A stretch of 64,000 nucleotides of DNA from Chiloscyllium plagiosum (GCF_004010195.1 NC_057714.1:21956044-22020043); one strand, 5' to 3'. Shown: positions 1 to 13,059, numbered from the stretch's first letter. A program made the numbers and translations. Notes: generated from the sequence alone by a model not told the origin.

Positions 1-15
1 AGTTCAACTTAATAA

Positions 16-183
16 GGAGAGAGTGAGGACTGCAGATGCTGGAGACCTGGTTATCCTGTTCAGGTCCAAATTGTGTTAGTCTGAATGTAGTCCGGAGTCC
101 ATGTGGGATCAATCAATTCCATCGGCAGGCACTGAGGAAGGAGATGTGATGTGGTTGTGAGTCTGCTTTAGGACGTGGCTGAA
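16..183 (-). mobile_element. Penelope-like element fragment (pLTR end joined to internal ORF piece)
   Basis: ggagagagtgaggactgcagatgctggagacc matches 41277-41308, and 48-183 aligns with 41009-41134 of the larger PLE. Confidence 0.75.
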
Positions 184-206
184 CATTATTCAATGTAATG
201 ATTCAG

Positions 207-1637
207 CCTGTGTTGTACAACATTACCCAAAGCCTTACTTTTAATTGTATAGGTCCTGGTCTTATTTATTTTACTAAAATGTAATACCTCGCATTTATCC
301 AAATTAAACTCCATTGTTACTCCTCAGCCCATTGGACCAATTGATCAAGATCTCTTTACAATCCAAAGATTTACAAGGATGTTGCCAGTGTTGGAGGATT
401 TGAGCTATAGGGAGAGGCTGAACAGGCTGGGGCTGTTTTCCCTGGAGCGTCGGAGGCTGAGGGGTGACCTTATAGAGGTTTACAAAATTACGAGGGGCAT
501 GGATAGGATAAATAGACAAAGTCTTTTCCCTGGGGTGGCGGAGTCCAGAACTAGAGGACATAGGTTTAGGGTGAGAGGGGAAAGATATAAAGGAGACCTA
601 CGGGGCAACTTTTTCACACAGAAGGTGGTACGTGTATGGAATGAGCTGCCAGAGGAAGTGCTGGAGGCTGGTACAATTGCAACAGTTAAGAGGCATTTGG
701 ATGGGTATATGAATAGGAAGGGTTTGGAGGGATATGGGCCGGGTGCTGGTAGGTGGGACTAGATTGGGTTGGGATATCTGGTCGGCATGGACGGGTTGGA
801 CCAAAGGGTTTGTTTCCATACTGTGCATCTCTATGACTCTATAATGACCTTCACTGAACGCTATACCATCAATTTTGATGTCATCTGCAAACCATGCCTT
901 CTATATTTTCATCTAAATCATTTATGTAACAGAGAGACCTTGGAGTTCAGGTATGTAATTCTGTGGAGTTTGTGTCGCATGTTGACAGGGTGGTTAAAAA
1001 GTTGTTTAGCACACTTGCCTTCATTGTTTAGACCTTCAAGCATAGGAATTGGGGGCTTAATGTTAAAGTTATACAGGACATTGGTGAGGCCTCTTCTGCA
1101 GTACTGTGTCCAGTTCTAGCTGTCCAGTTATACAAAGGATATTATTATTCTGGAAAGAGTTCAGAAAAGATTTACCAGGATGCTGCTGGGAACGGAGAGT
1201 TCGGGTTATAAGGAGAAGCTGGATAGGCTGGGTCTTCTGACGTGGGAGCGTAGGAGATTGATTAGGGTGACCTTATGGAGGTTTATAAAGTCATGCAGGG
1301 TATAGATGAGGAGAATGGCAGGTGTCTTTTCCCTAAAATGGGGATTTTAAGATGATGAAGTATATTTTTAAGGTGAGAGGAAGACATTTTAAAAAATGAA
1401 ATCAGGCCAACGTTTTTACACAGAGAATGGTTTGTGTGTGGAATGAGCCTCTAGAGGAAGTGATGGATGCAGGTACAATCATAACTTTTCAAAGATATTT
1501 GGATAAGTACATGAATAGAAAATGTTTGAAGGGATGTGGGTCAAGCACAAGCATTTGGGTCTAGTTTAGTTTGGGATTATGATCGGCATGACTGGTTGGA
1601 CCAAAGGGTCGGATTCCATGCTGTATGACTATATGAC
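207..1637. mobile_element. Older CR1 LINE 3' part with 5' inversion (minus segments 207-368 and 842-928; plus segment 928-1637)
   Basis: Minus segments encode degraded RT (YINDLDENI...DLDQL..WAEE...ALGNVV). The plus segment resumes at EQRDLGVQ and runs to the ctatgac-type tail. Confidence 0.75.
367..843 (+). mobile_element. Young 5'-truncated CR1 (HER1-type) LINE 3' end nested in older CR1
   Basis: ORF 379-762 LSYRERLNRLGLFSLERRRLRGDLIEVYK...FFTQKVVRVWNELP is the CR1 ORF2 C-terminus. Tail ctctatgactctat. Confidence 0.92.
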
Positions 1638-2012
1638 AGGAGTCATTGAGGTGTCAGATCTAATCCCATCAGGATCGAGGGCTACAATCCTAATTCACCA
1701 CCCAGGGCTATGTATAACATTATCACATTGGGCAAAGTCTAATGCAATCTCCGATATAAACCCTGACAGAGTCATAATCTTGTGCATCAGTGAGGAACTG
1801 TTTGTACCTGCTGTATGTTTGGTGACAGCCAGACCTGTGATTTGAGTAATCTCATAGGCAGCTATTCTTCCTGGTTCAAAATAAAGGTAATCAACATTAG
1901 GGTACTGTCAAACTGGCCCGCTTAACACTAATACATTGGAACAGAGTCAATTGTCTATCATCAATTCCTGATTCAGACAGGCTTGCAGTACACTCTGACA
2001 CCATTAATGATT

Positions 2013-2196
2013 TTAGGTCTGGGAGCAACTCTGGTGAGAAAAATAGAGTTAACACTTCAAATCTGATATGACTGTTCTTCAGAGTTCTTAAGAATCACAC
2101 CACCCCTGTTCCTTTCTCCACAGGTACTGCCAGAACTGCTGAGGTTCACCAGCATTTTGTGTTTGTTTCAGATTTCTAGCATCCACTGTATTTTTG
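2013..2196. mobile_element. Short fold-back Penelope pLTR-derived element (family 2), decayed
   Basis: Inverted arms similar to 38856-39084. Flanked by ccattaatgatt (2001-2012) and ccatgaatgatt (2197-2208). Confidence 0.65.
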
Positions 2197-2316
2197 CCAT
2201 GAATGATTGTCAGACCAGACTTGTACAATAACAGAACTGACAGATAAACTTGACTTTGGGAACTTGAATTCTTTAATGATCAATGAACAGAGTTCTTGGG
2301 CTGAGCAAACAGTGGA

Positions 2317-2654
2317 ATTCCTACCTTGTGGAAAGAGGTCGTTCAACCCATAGTCTGCACTGACCTTTCAAAGAGTACCTCCACCCAGACCCAGCCACCC
2401 ACTTTATCCCGGTAACTGCACAATTACCATGGCTAATCCATCTTGCGTACACCTGGACAGTACAGGGCAATTTCGCGTGTTCAATCCACCTAATCTGCAC
2501 ACCTTTAGATTGTGGGAGGAAACCACAGCATCCAGCAGAAACCTGTGCAAAAATGGGGAGAGCATGCAAACTCCACACAGACAGTCACCAAAGGCTGGAA
2601 CTGAACCTGGATCCCTGGCAGGGGATTTGAGGCAGCAGTGCCAACCACTGAGCC
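2317..2654 (-). mobile_element. HE1/V-SINE-type tRNA-derived SINE
   Basis: Minus strand reads ggctcagtggttggcactgctgcctca...ggttcagttccagc...tgtctgtgtggagtttgcatgctctcccc, followed by a CR1-like tail. Confidence 0.88.
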
Positions 2655-3522
2655 CATTTGGTTTCAATTCCAGGAGTGCTTTTCTGTGTATGAGATTCAT
2701 AAACTTTGGCTTTGCTAACTTCTAACTAAGCTTTTATATTAATTCATGTAGAACATGCTTCTGTCGGGATCGAGTGTTCATGCCATATATGACAAACAGC
2801 AACTGTACCTGTTAGGATTTCTCAGACACTTGATATTGAGACTGTGAAGTATCGTGATGAACTTGTGCAGGTTTCAGGAACTTAATAACTCAAAAATGAA
2901 TATTCAGTAAAATTATGAAACTAAGATTTTATTTTGGTACTTTTATATAATACCTTAATTAATAGTACACCCTGGAATATATGTATTGTTTTCCAACCTG
3001 GAGCCAGGTTTACCTATAAATGGACTCAGCTATCATAGACATTAAGGTAATTTTCACTGTGCAACACATTGAAACAGTGCTTATTCTGTGTTGTTTAAAC
3101 TCCTAAGAGATATGTGTAATGAGCTGATAATGCAATTAAAATTCTTAGTGTAATTCTAACGTTACATGATCCTGGCCAAATTTTGATCAATCATCAATTT
3201 ACTAACTTATTGTTATGATTAAATGACATTCAAATTGTCCAATCATCAAATAAGGAGCATGGGCATTTAATCTAAAGAAAATGAAAACTTTTTTTTCAAT
3301 ATAGATTTTAGTGTTTACTTGATTTTTAAATGGAGATATTTAATATGCTTAATATTTGTATAATCGCTAATTAAGCAAAAGGAGCTTGGTTTCCATACAA
3401 ATTGCATAACTGCTGCTGAACTTGGAAAATTACATTTTTAGAAACACTGAGTGTATTACATTATCATTCTATGTATTGTGACATGTTCACCCCATTGTTG
3501 GCTAACAATACATTAAGGTGGT

Positions 3523-3649
3523 AAAAACAATAACTGCAGATACTGGAAACCAGATTCTGGATCAGTGGTGCTGGAAGAACACAGCAATTCAGGCAGCATC
3601 CGACGAGCAGCAAAATCGACGTTTCGGGCAAAAGGCCTTCATCAGGAAT
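3523..3649 (-). mobile_element. Solo Penelope pLTR (family 1) with hammerhead motif, in the last ZNF385D intron
   Basis: Minus strand attcCTGATGAaggccttttgcccGAAACGTCgattttgctgctcgtcggatgctgcctg... Confidence 0.8.
3615..3649 (-). ncRNA. Minimal type I hammerhead ribozyme motif
   Basis: CUGAUGA, helix II (ggcc-uuuu-gccc, one mismatch), GAAAC, GUC cleavage triplet, short helix I. Activity not shown. Confidence 0.65.
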
Positions 3650-3994
3650 AAAATGCTGGCATCCCATGCCCATCCTTTGGGAATTCAATTTTAATATGAT
3701 TCTGTACCAACCAGATTAGATTTTACTTTTCTTACATCATATATCAGTCTGTGACAGGGAAATAGAATAAAAAATACTGTGTTTAATTGTGAATAACTAA
3801 GGCAGATTGCTTTGAATTCTTTACCCTAATAACAATATTTTCATAGCTCACATGAATTTGAAAATGTACTAAAATGAAAGATTTCTGGGTTATCAAAGTC
3901 ATAATGATCGAACATGATGCTAATGCTTTATATGCAGGAAAACCCTTCAAATGTTTAGTCCTGAACCTTTTCACTGTGGTATTGTCTTTTACAG

Positions 3995-4225
3995 GTGAAG
4001 TTGGCCTTTCAGAAAGAACTCTCTAAACCTCTAGCTGCTCGCCTTTTACCAAACCCATTTGCTGCAGCAGCCGCAGCTGCTGCTGCAGTGAATTCACCAT
4101 TCGCTTTGCGCTCCAGCCCGGCAGCCACTCTATTCCAAACAGCAGCCCTTCCTCCGGCTCTCCTTCGACCAGCTCCTGGACCTATACGGGCAGCTCACAC
4201 TCCGGTTCTATTTGCTCCTTACTGA
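3995..4225 (+). CDS. ZNF385D: Terminal coding exon of zinc finger protein 385D (C-terminal Ala/Pro-rich tail)
   Basis: Acceptor ttgtcttttacag|GTG at 3994/3995 (phase 0). Translation VKLAFQKELSKPLAARLLPNPFAAAAAAAAAVNSPFALRSSPAATLFQTAALPPALLRPAPGPIRAAHTPVLFAPY* closely matches my recollection of the human ZNF385D C-terminus (VKLVFSKEPSKPLAPRILPNPLAAAA...PPALLRPAPGPIRTAHTPVLFAPY). TGA at 4223-4225. Upstream exons lie outside the window. Confidence 0.92.
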   Translation: MKLAFQKELSKPLAARLLPNPFAAAAAAAAAVNSPFALRSSPAATLFQTAALPPALLRPAPGPIRAAHTPVLFAPY

Positions 4226-6729
4226 CCTGCCCTGTGTACAGGAGAGAACATTAGGAAAGTAATAATAAAATACTGCAATAATTCAAACAGGGAACTATGC
4301 AGTGATAATCATGGAATTAAATAACATGGAAAGAAACTTGCTTGTGCAGTAACCAACGTGGACTTTGAATAGCTGCATTTTTATTCAGCAAAAAGAAGTA
4401 AAGCAATCCTCCCATAGGAAAATCTAATACACGGATGTTATGAGTAGTTTTTAGTGCTGTAGAAATGTATAGAGTCTGCAAACTACCCATAACAATCAGC
4501 CTTTTTACACAGTATTTTCATGTAATGTTTCCATGTCTTGTGAATAGTCTATAAATGTGTGTCAGGGCATTAAACTCAAGTCCTATATGTATATTTAATT
4601 TCTCTCTGTAGGATGAAACAAAAGAAAATGGGACACTGTGACAATTGTCTTCATTAACTGTCAGCACAGTTCAGCAGCTTGCTGCTTTCTATTTACCCAA
4701 CTATAAACTTGTAAATGGTGTCTTGTGAATTTGTAGCTTTGTGCTGTATATCTCTGATGTAATAATATGTCTAATATGATTTGCCAATGTCAGATGGAAT
4801 GGAATAGCAGACAAACCAATATAATTTTTAGGCATCCTAGTATATCATGTTCGGGAAGGTGTGTGACTGTCTTCATGGAGTTGATTATGTATTTATTTTT
4901 AACTGCAGACAAAGCAAGGTATTAAAGTGTACAGACAGTATAAACACCACACACCTTCTTGTACTTCATTTTATAAAGCAGCTTCATGAATTGTAGTTTT
5001 CCCTTTACACACAACTGAATTGCAATTGTGCTTAATTCTATTTGTCAGAGCTGAAATAGTTGGAGTTAATCTGAATTAATGAATTGGATTTTGCCCACTG
5101 GCTTGAGTTGAGGGAGGGGTGTGTTAGGTGGGTAGGAGGGGTCATTTATCAGTCCTTTCGGTTGAGCCGAATGAAATTAATTGTCCTTCGGGCACTTAAA
5201 TGGTACCCTTTGGCCTACCTCTGAAATGGAAGACCCTCGAAGTGGAGGTCCCGACCACCAAATCACATGCCAACAGTTATTCATCCCTGCTAGTGCAAGT
5301 GGAGAGCAGTGCTAACTGGTGGCACTATACCCATCAGAGGTTCAGGAGGATTGGAAAACCTTAGCACAAAGGTTAGTGAGAGTGGGAGAAATGTCATGGG
5401 TGGGGCTCCTGACAGATGGGGCTGCATCATCCCTCCAAACAGCTTCAGAATGCATGACAATAGAATAATCATGGAATCCCGACAGTGCATTTCGCACAGC
5501 GAGTCTATACCCGACAATCTGAATAGCATCACACGCAGACCCAGTCCTCCACTCTATCCTTGCATTTCCCATGGCTAACCCACTTAGCCTGGACACTTAT
5601 AGGGCAATTTAGCATGATCAATCCTCCTAACGTGTATATTTTTAACTCTGGGAAGAAACCGGACTACCCAGAGAAAACCCACACCGACACGGGGAGAAAT
5701 AGCAAAATCTACACAGCCAATCACCCGAGGGTGGAATCAGACCCAGGTCCATGGTGCTGTGAGGCAGCAGTGCTAACCACAGTGCCACCATGCTACCTAG
5801 AGGAAGGATGAACTTCCACTGCAAGGAAAATCATGCGGATCCCATTAAATCAATAACACATCACTAAAATGCAGTGGTCTCCACCATAATGGTTGTTAAT
5901 TGGCTCATAAATGACATTCTATCACCAGCAGCTGAGGGAACCTACCATGAACCCCTGTCACCATGCAAGTTCATCAGGGATGGTTCTCATACCAGACAGA
6001 GACTGGAGTGGCTTTGCCTCCCTATGGGTCTCAGCATAGTGTGTGGCATTAAATCCAGCCTGATATTCCCATTCAACTGAATTGTTGCACTGAGTAAAGT
6101 AAAATGAAAGAAAATTTCAAAACCTATACTGGTTGTTCAGTTTACTTTTTTTAAAAAACATTCTTTCTCTGCAACTGTAGTTGCAACCAGTTTAAATGAA
6201 TTCCAGATGCGTAATGAAGCCATTTCATTATGGCTTCATATTGAAGTTTTAATGTTTTCTCTCATAACTCATCTGTATAATTTATGTGGCTTAAATGTTA
6301 TTTCTTCATTGTTTCTCACTATTTGGATGTTAAGTTTACGATACAGCCATGCAATGTCATATGCTTCCGAGGAAGGTCTTTAGGAGATTGGTTTGACTTT
6401 TTTTTGTTTTAGCTTCTTTGCATTTTGTTTCATTCCAGCTTCAACAGACTTAAACATAAATGTTCACAGCACAACAAAGCTGGGAAGTCATTTTGTACAT
6501 TATAGCTGTTAAAGCCTGCAGCCTTATTGCAGACTATTAGTAGTTTAGCCAAATGTAAATTGTGACAAGAAAATGATGTTTCCATGTACAGTAATGTCAA
6601 TAAATGCTTTCCCAACCTTGTATGTATCTTTAGTGATTACAAAAATCAAATGAAACTGATAGCTCAGGTCAAAATCTTTAAAGGTGATGTAAAAAGGTTT
6701 GCTGAAATAGAAAATAATTTGTTAATAAA
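4226..6729 (+). other. Probable ZNF385D 3' UTR with candidate poly(A) signals
   Basis: AT-rich sequence following the stop. AATAAA at 4264, 6599 and 6724, ATTAAA at 4921. The true end cannot be determined from DNA alone. Confidence 0.5.
5460..5797 (-). mobile_element. HE1/V-SINE-type SINE
   Basis: gtggcactgtggttagcactgctgcctcacagc head on the minus strand, plus V-domain-like ctccccgtgtcggtgtggg. Confidence 0.85.
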
Positions 6730-8039
6730 GTATTAGTATTAACCAAAAATATTCTGTGTTTATTGTGAAAAATGTGGATGACTGAACGGCATTTGATTTA
6801 GAAATAGTAGCAGTTATTTTTACATTACAGGCTAATTGAAATCCTGCTGCAAGGATTACACAGAAATAAAATCTTCAAACATTTAATAATGAGAGTGTAC
6901 TAATTATATTTTGTCAACAAAATGCTCTGGCGTGTCGAGATGGAAAATAATTCTGGAATAGAGAACAAGTTGTATTTATGTAAACTTAAAAAAGAAATAG
7001 ATTTAAGTTTAAAACAGAAAACTATGTACTGACAGGTTTGCTCATTTGAGAATTAACATCAACAGGTTCATTCCTGGTGAATTCCAAAACTCTGAATTCT
7101 CTATATTAGACATTGAATTTTTAATTCTCACATCTCTAGCATATTACACAAATAAAATCTTTAGGAAATGCATCTTCATTTGTACGTGATTGTTGCAAAA
7201 GACAACTTCACACAACTTTGGATTGAAAATTTGAGAAATGTCTGCTGAAAGACCGAAGTGAAGAATTCAACACTATTTTAAAAAGGTAACTTTTAATTCT
7301 CCTAGAGTATGAACTTATCTCTTTAACTTAGGATTTCAAGTTGTGATAGTGTTCAGTTTATTATAAAAGTGCTGTAGAATTATCAATCTGTTACTTAGCC
7401 ACTGGCATTTAAAATGTCCATAATAAAGGAGATGGGCAATTGTAGTCTTGGTCTCCAGGCAGTTCCAGGCAGTGGCCATCTGTAAAGGTGAAAACAAGAT
7501 TATCATACTTGTATTTACAATATTCTGAACATTTCAAAGATTCATCTAACAGTCTTAGGTACTCCTCGGCGAAAAATAAAATAAATTATTTCTACATAAA
7601 TTGGAGTAAATGTTGCATCGAAGCAACAAATGAGGCCTCAAGTGTCATCTTCAATGTTTTGAAAAACATTGATTTCAATGACTACAATTATCCCAATGTT
7701 CAAAACTTTGGGGTTTGATATTTTTGCGCAATTACTCAATAAGAAATTCTGCAGATTTAGAAAGATATAGCAATGTGATATTGTCTTGTAATATTTGACT
7801 AAAACGTTTGTGGTAGTTTTATAAACAATTGTGGTCTAATAATGCATTTTGTTTTCCCAGTACAAGGAGACACATAATGTGGAAGTAACTGCAGCCTGTT
7901 GAAGAGTGAGCCATGATGATTATGCCTGCACAAATGTGAGGCGGGGTGAGGGGGACCGGGATGCAGGGGGTGGGGAGGTGAAATTAACACTGTAGCAGCT
8001 TTGCTGATGGCCTCACTAGGTGGTCATTGGTCGATACTT

Positions 8040-8150
8040 ACTTTTTATTCATTCATGGGTTGTGGACCTCACTGGCTGGTCAGCATGGATTGCCTACCCA
8101 CAGTTGCATTGGAAAAGGTGACAATGAGCTGCCTTCATCAACCACTGCCA
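8040..8150 (-). mobile_element. 3' tail of second LINE/SINE family (same tail as 20931-21243 and 62935-63866)
   Basis: Reverse complement gives ...ccagccagtgaggtccacaacccatgaatgaataaaaa. Confidence 0.6.
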
Positions 8151-10949
8151 CATTGGGGTGCAGGGACACTCAGCTGGTATCGCTGGAACTATAAAACTGC
8201 CACTTATCCAATTGGCCAGTAACTCTCTAAGACGGGACTTCTTCCTGAGATAGGTGTGGATTCCCTAAAGCAAGTAGCCCTTCTTTTCGTATTAAATTGC
8301 TGTGGGGCAGCTATCAGGAACGTGAATGGTGTCCTATTCTATCTCGCAGCTTTTTCAGCTGAGAAGGCAGGTATAGGGGCTGCTGAGTCCCATAATTATC
8401 AGCCAGATCTGGATACAGCTTGGCTCCCTCCACACACTAGGTAAAGTTCCTCTTTTATTCAAAAGTCCACCTTTGGCTGCCTGAATCCATATTATTTTAT
8501 CCTCTGCTAACAACAGGTGTAAGTTTTCTGAAATCACTGCTGAAGGAAATGAGTTTTAAAAGAAAAAATTGAACCGTAAATGTTGGCTGAAAACACTGTT
8601 GGTTCTTCAGGATTTGGACGACAGGAGGGTGAACGTATCGGTAGAAGATAACCAGGCAGTCTTGAACTGGAGCCACCCTGTGAAGAGCTCGAAAGAAAAG
8701 CTTGAATTGACTGCAGCTGCCAGGCTGTATTATGGCAAGGGGGCCTCTGTAATGATCAGCCTGCAGCACTCTGGTACCCATGGCTCTGGGCAGTTGCTCA
8801 ATTGGAGTCCATGCTGCTGGCATCACTAGCCTGATACTGGCAATAAACTGCATGGCCTAGCTTTCAACAGAGGTCCCATCCACTGTCGTTATGATCCTGA
8901 TGGTGTCACCAATTTCCCCTCAAGTGAATACCTAAATGCTGTTGATTAGCTGCCCACTGCTGCCAGCTGGGTAGCTGATGCCAGTCTCACCCCACATTCA
9001 GCAAGATTGCTCATAGGCAAGAATATATCAGGAGGTAACCCACAAAATGTTTTCCATAGTCTCCGCTGCCTCCAAATTTACCTCCACTGGCTGTTTAGAT
9101 ATTGCTCACTGTGTGCAGACTTCCTTCACATCCATTGCTGGCAGGTTGTACTGAGGTGAATTTGGCATCGTGTTTGTAATGCAGATCTCCTGACATGAAG
9201 CACCCATCCAGGGACTTTTGTAGAAAGGTGATTAGCTACTAATATTTACTTTTAAAATGGTGACTAGCTACTAAAGAATTTTAGTGACTAATAGCAGCAC
9301 CTCAGCTAATGTATGCAAATCTGTAACTGTGGCCAATATGATATATATACTACTTACTCACGCTCAATTCACAGAAAATCATAAATCAATATATTAGAAT
9401 AGGATTGGCCATGGAATGGAGGTCTACTCTATGGCCTGAACTGTCCATACATTAAGGTTCAGTCTGTTCCTGTCACCATCGTGTAGAATTAGCTAGTTAT
9501 CCCTTATCTGCTGTTCTATATCAGCAACTGGGGTACAGTCATAGTAAAATAGTTCCAAATCTTTATTAATACTATATACATTTCTAATGTCTGGAACAAA
9601 TTGCTGCTTCTCTAACAGTTTCAAATCTCAGTCCCTTCTACCTGAGTGATCTTTCAATGTCCTGATTAGACACTCAGTTCCAATAGTGGTTGATTTATAC
9701 TTATCCTTTATCCCACACTATTGCAGTCAGTTTTAACTCCATCCAGCACAGAGATATGACAGTCTATCAATCCAAGCAAGTGAACCCCTGAAGTGTATTG
9801 TCAGCAGAAACAAAACCCTGTCAGTGTCATGCTTAAAACCACCTAGACAAGTTTGTATGACAATAATGATGCTGAGTTTGAGTTGTATTTATTTTAGTTA
9901 TTTTAAGCTGTACATTATTCAAAAATGAAGATTTGAGTGTGCAAAGTGTGACTGAAATCCTCAGACTTGAAAGAGACAAGTTTTGAATATTGTTGTTTTA
10001 TCTTTCCTGAGCTTTTGGTGAGACATCATACTTGATGTGAAATGTTACATTATCCTCAAATTCAATTGCATTCTAAATTGTTGAAAAGTATCATTTCTCA
10101 CTGTCAGAAGGATATCTGACATTCCAATTTCCCCTGCACAGTGCTAACTGTCCTTTCTAAGTATGAATACAAAAGCTTTATAAATTTGGAAATTGCTTTT
10201 TAATTGGAACTTGAAGGTTTTAAATTTTCACATTTAAATTTGGCTATATATGAAAGTGTCTAGAAGTTGCATTTAACAAAAGTAAATCAGATTTGTGGGT
10301 ATGTATAATATTTTTAGAAGCCATATTAACTGTTCAGATGTAATTAAATAGTTGAGAGGGCTTTACACAGCCTCATTTAAATAGATCAGCAAGCTGCCTT
10401 CTGCTGTTTAGCTGTTAATACTTAAAACCATAGCTTTATGCTCTCACGAGAAGCATGAACTGCTACAGCAATATCTCAATGTACACCTTCATCTAAATGA
10501 TCAGCGCAGAATGCCAGAGGGTTTTCACAGCAGTCATGCTACCCATGGGCCTAGAGAAATGAACCATTGGGACACCAGCACAATTTCTTCAAGACTTTTA
10601 AACCTGAGAAAGTTTGAAAGACTTCTGACCTTTTTAAAATTGCCTGTTAAAATCACACAATATGCAAACATTTTTAGAAGTAGTGAGTGAGGAAGGTTTA
10701 CATTTATTTAAACTGCAACTGCAAATAAAAAAAATTCTAAATGTAACTTAATATGACTATGGCTGATCAAATACTTCAATGTTTTTTTTCCTACACTATT
10801 CCCATACCTTTTTATGTCATAGACAATCAAGATTATTTAAATTTCTATGTAAATATATTAGAAGACTGAGTTTCTAATGCCATTTGAGGTGGAGAATTCT
10901 AAAGAGTTATCATTTTCTCTTCAAGCAAAAGAAGCTTGACTGTTGGTAT

Positions 10950-11065
10950 AGATATTTTCTGATCAATCTGTTCACACATTATTATACACCTCTGGAGTAG
11001 GTGGGACTTGAACCTGGACCTCCTGGTCTAGATGTAGGGACACCAGCACTCCACCACAATAACCT
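10950..11065 (-). mobile_element. Short tRNA-derived SINE head
   Basis: Minus strand has an A-box-like gtggtggagtgctgg and a B-box ggttcaagtccc. No acceptor stem of a real tRNA. Confidence 0.6.
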
Positions 11066-11429
11066 GTGACTGTTAGTAAGCAACTTGAATCATTACAAAT
11101 TTTAGAAAGGGGACTAAATGAGCTATATTAGTTCAAATGATTGAGCACATTCTGGGTGCCCTTAGTGGCTGTGACAGTTGTCACCAGGATTGTTCCTTTG
11201 GTATCTCCTCTCTCATTTCTAGATCTTCTGTTCTCAATAGCTTCAGACCAAACACCTTTATTCTTGCTTCTTCTCTTCACACCTGGTTCTGGGTCTTCAC
11301 TTCTTATCCTGAAAATAATGCTTGAGAAAATTACTGATAAAAAACAAATAAAACTTATAACTAAACTGTGAGCCCCCTAAGCATATTCTCATAACTGTGA
11401 GCAGCTGAGTAAGACTTCTATTACTAAAA

Positions 11430-11552
11430 TGATCAAAGGTTATGGGGAGAAGGCAGAAGAATTGGATTGAGAACCATATCAGCCATGGTCAAATGGTGGA
11501 GAAGACTTGATGGGCCGAAAAGACTAATCCTGCCCTTACATCTCATGGTCTA
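11430..11552 (+). mobile_element. CR1 3' UTR fragment
   Basis: atcaaaggttatggggagaaggcag...atcagccatggtcaaatggtggagaagacttgatgggccgaa. Confidence 0.75.
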
Positions 11553-12311
11553 AGACTAAGTCTCAGGAGAATTGTCAAATGGTCTATGGAAAAAGAGTCA
11601 TACCCATGTGATATTAGGAGGTACTGGATCTACTTTCTTTAGTAATTGCAGTAACCTCAGCCAAATAGAGATTGTTCCAACTGAGTTCAGTAAATATTAA
11701 TTAGTTACATAAATTGGGACCATCTGAAACAGATTTAAGACACACAAGGGAGGATGTTGATCCTAATTATTTTGATTGAAATAAAGCTGAGGGGAGTTAA
11801 ATTTCTCCCATAAGGTTAGAGCAAACTGATGTTAACTACCTTAGGAAACGTGCTTTATACAAGTTAATGAAATGTGTGACAACCTAATTCTCCATGTGAT
11901 TAAAGCCCAGCTCAAACCAAGGGAATAGAAAACCAAATGTAATATTCAGAGAGACCATTTTTAATGAGTGTACAATCCTCCTGGAATTATATATTTTACA
12001 TCAAAGAATAGTTCTGAATGGAGATCATCTGAAGTGCTGCTATGAAGGAAATCATGAGACCGCTGCCTGATTTTAATGAGATTTTATTTTGCTCCTTTCC
12101 AGATGCAAGCCTGTATGTCTTAGGACATCCAGCAGTTATTGTTGCCTGATGGGGAGACTGAGTAACACAATGGCAATGAAGTCAATCTACCTTATCTCAT
12201 GTGGGTTGAAGGTTTAAACATAGTTATTATGTGTAAACGCAGGTTGTAGTTCCAATGTCAGGATAGTTAAACAGGGCACCCATCAATAAATGTCCCAAGC
12301 AATCTTTTTTT

Positions 12312-12608
12312 TTAGATTAGATTACATTACAGTGTGGAAACAGGCCCTTCGGCCCAACAAGTCCACACCGACCCGCCGAAGTGAAACCCACCCATACCCC
12401 TACATTTACCCCTTACCTAACACTACGGGCAATTTAGTATGGCCAATTCACCTGACCCTGCACATCTTTGGACTGTGGGAGGAAACCGGAGCACCCGGAG
12501 GAAACCCACGCAGACACGGGGAGAACGTGCAAACTCCACACAGTCAGTCGCCTGAGGCGGGAACTGAACCCGGGTCTCTGGCGCTGTGAGGCAGCAGTGC
12601 TAACCACT
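12312..12608 (-). mobile_element. Young HE1/V-SINE-type SINE
   Basis: Near-consensus body with CpGs retained. (ctaat)n tail seen as ttagattagatt. Confidence 0.92.
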
Positions 12609-13059
12609 AAGCAGTGCTAAGATTAGCATTGCTAATCTTCATTTATGGAATCAGGTACATTCAATACATTACAATATTCTAAACATCCAGAACCTGAGAT
12701 GGGAGACCAATGGCATTACAGCAATACTTGCAAAACTTGCAAAGAACAGTTAGAAGGTTTCCAGTTCCTGGAGTCTCCTGCTAACTGTATAAAATATTTT
12801 TATTTACTGTACTTCAGCTTATTGTTTTTGTATCATGTTGTACATTGTATCTTGTTGTTTAGCACTGAAGAATTGAAGAATAGTACAGATTCATCATCTG
12901 AGGGAAGATTTCAGATGATTATCAGTAGGTGGCTTCCATGCCCATGTTAATGCCATGAAAGTTAACAGGGATCCGAATCAATGCTGAGGATGCTCAGAGT
13001 CACTATCCACTGGCTGTATACCTACCATCATGCTACCTCTGGGAGGAAACCTGTTGGGA

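Noticed and set aside
3995-3997. GTG start codon as given in the ORF track
   Set aside because: It directly follows a splice acceptor and is an internal Val codon.
8497-8853. 118 aa and 86 aa ORFs in a GC-richer block
   Set aside because: No recognisable domain or splice structure. Probably an old non-autonomous repeat.
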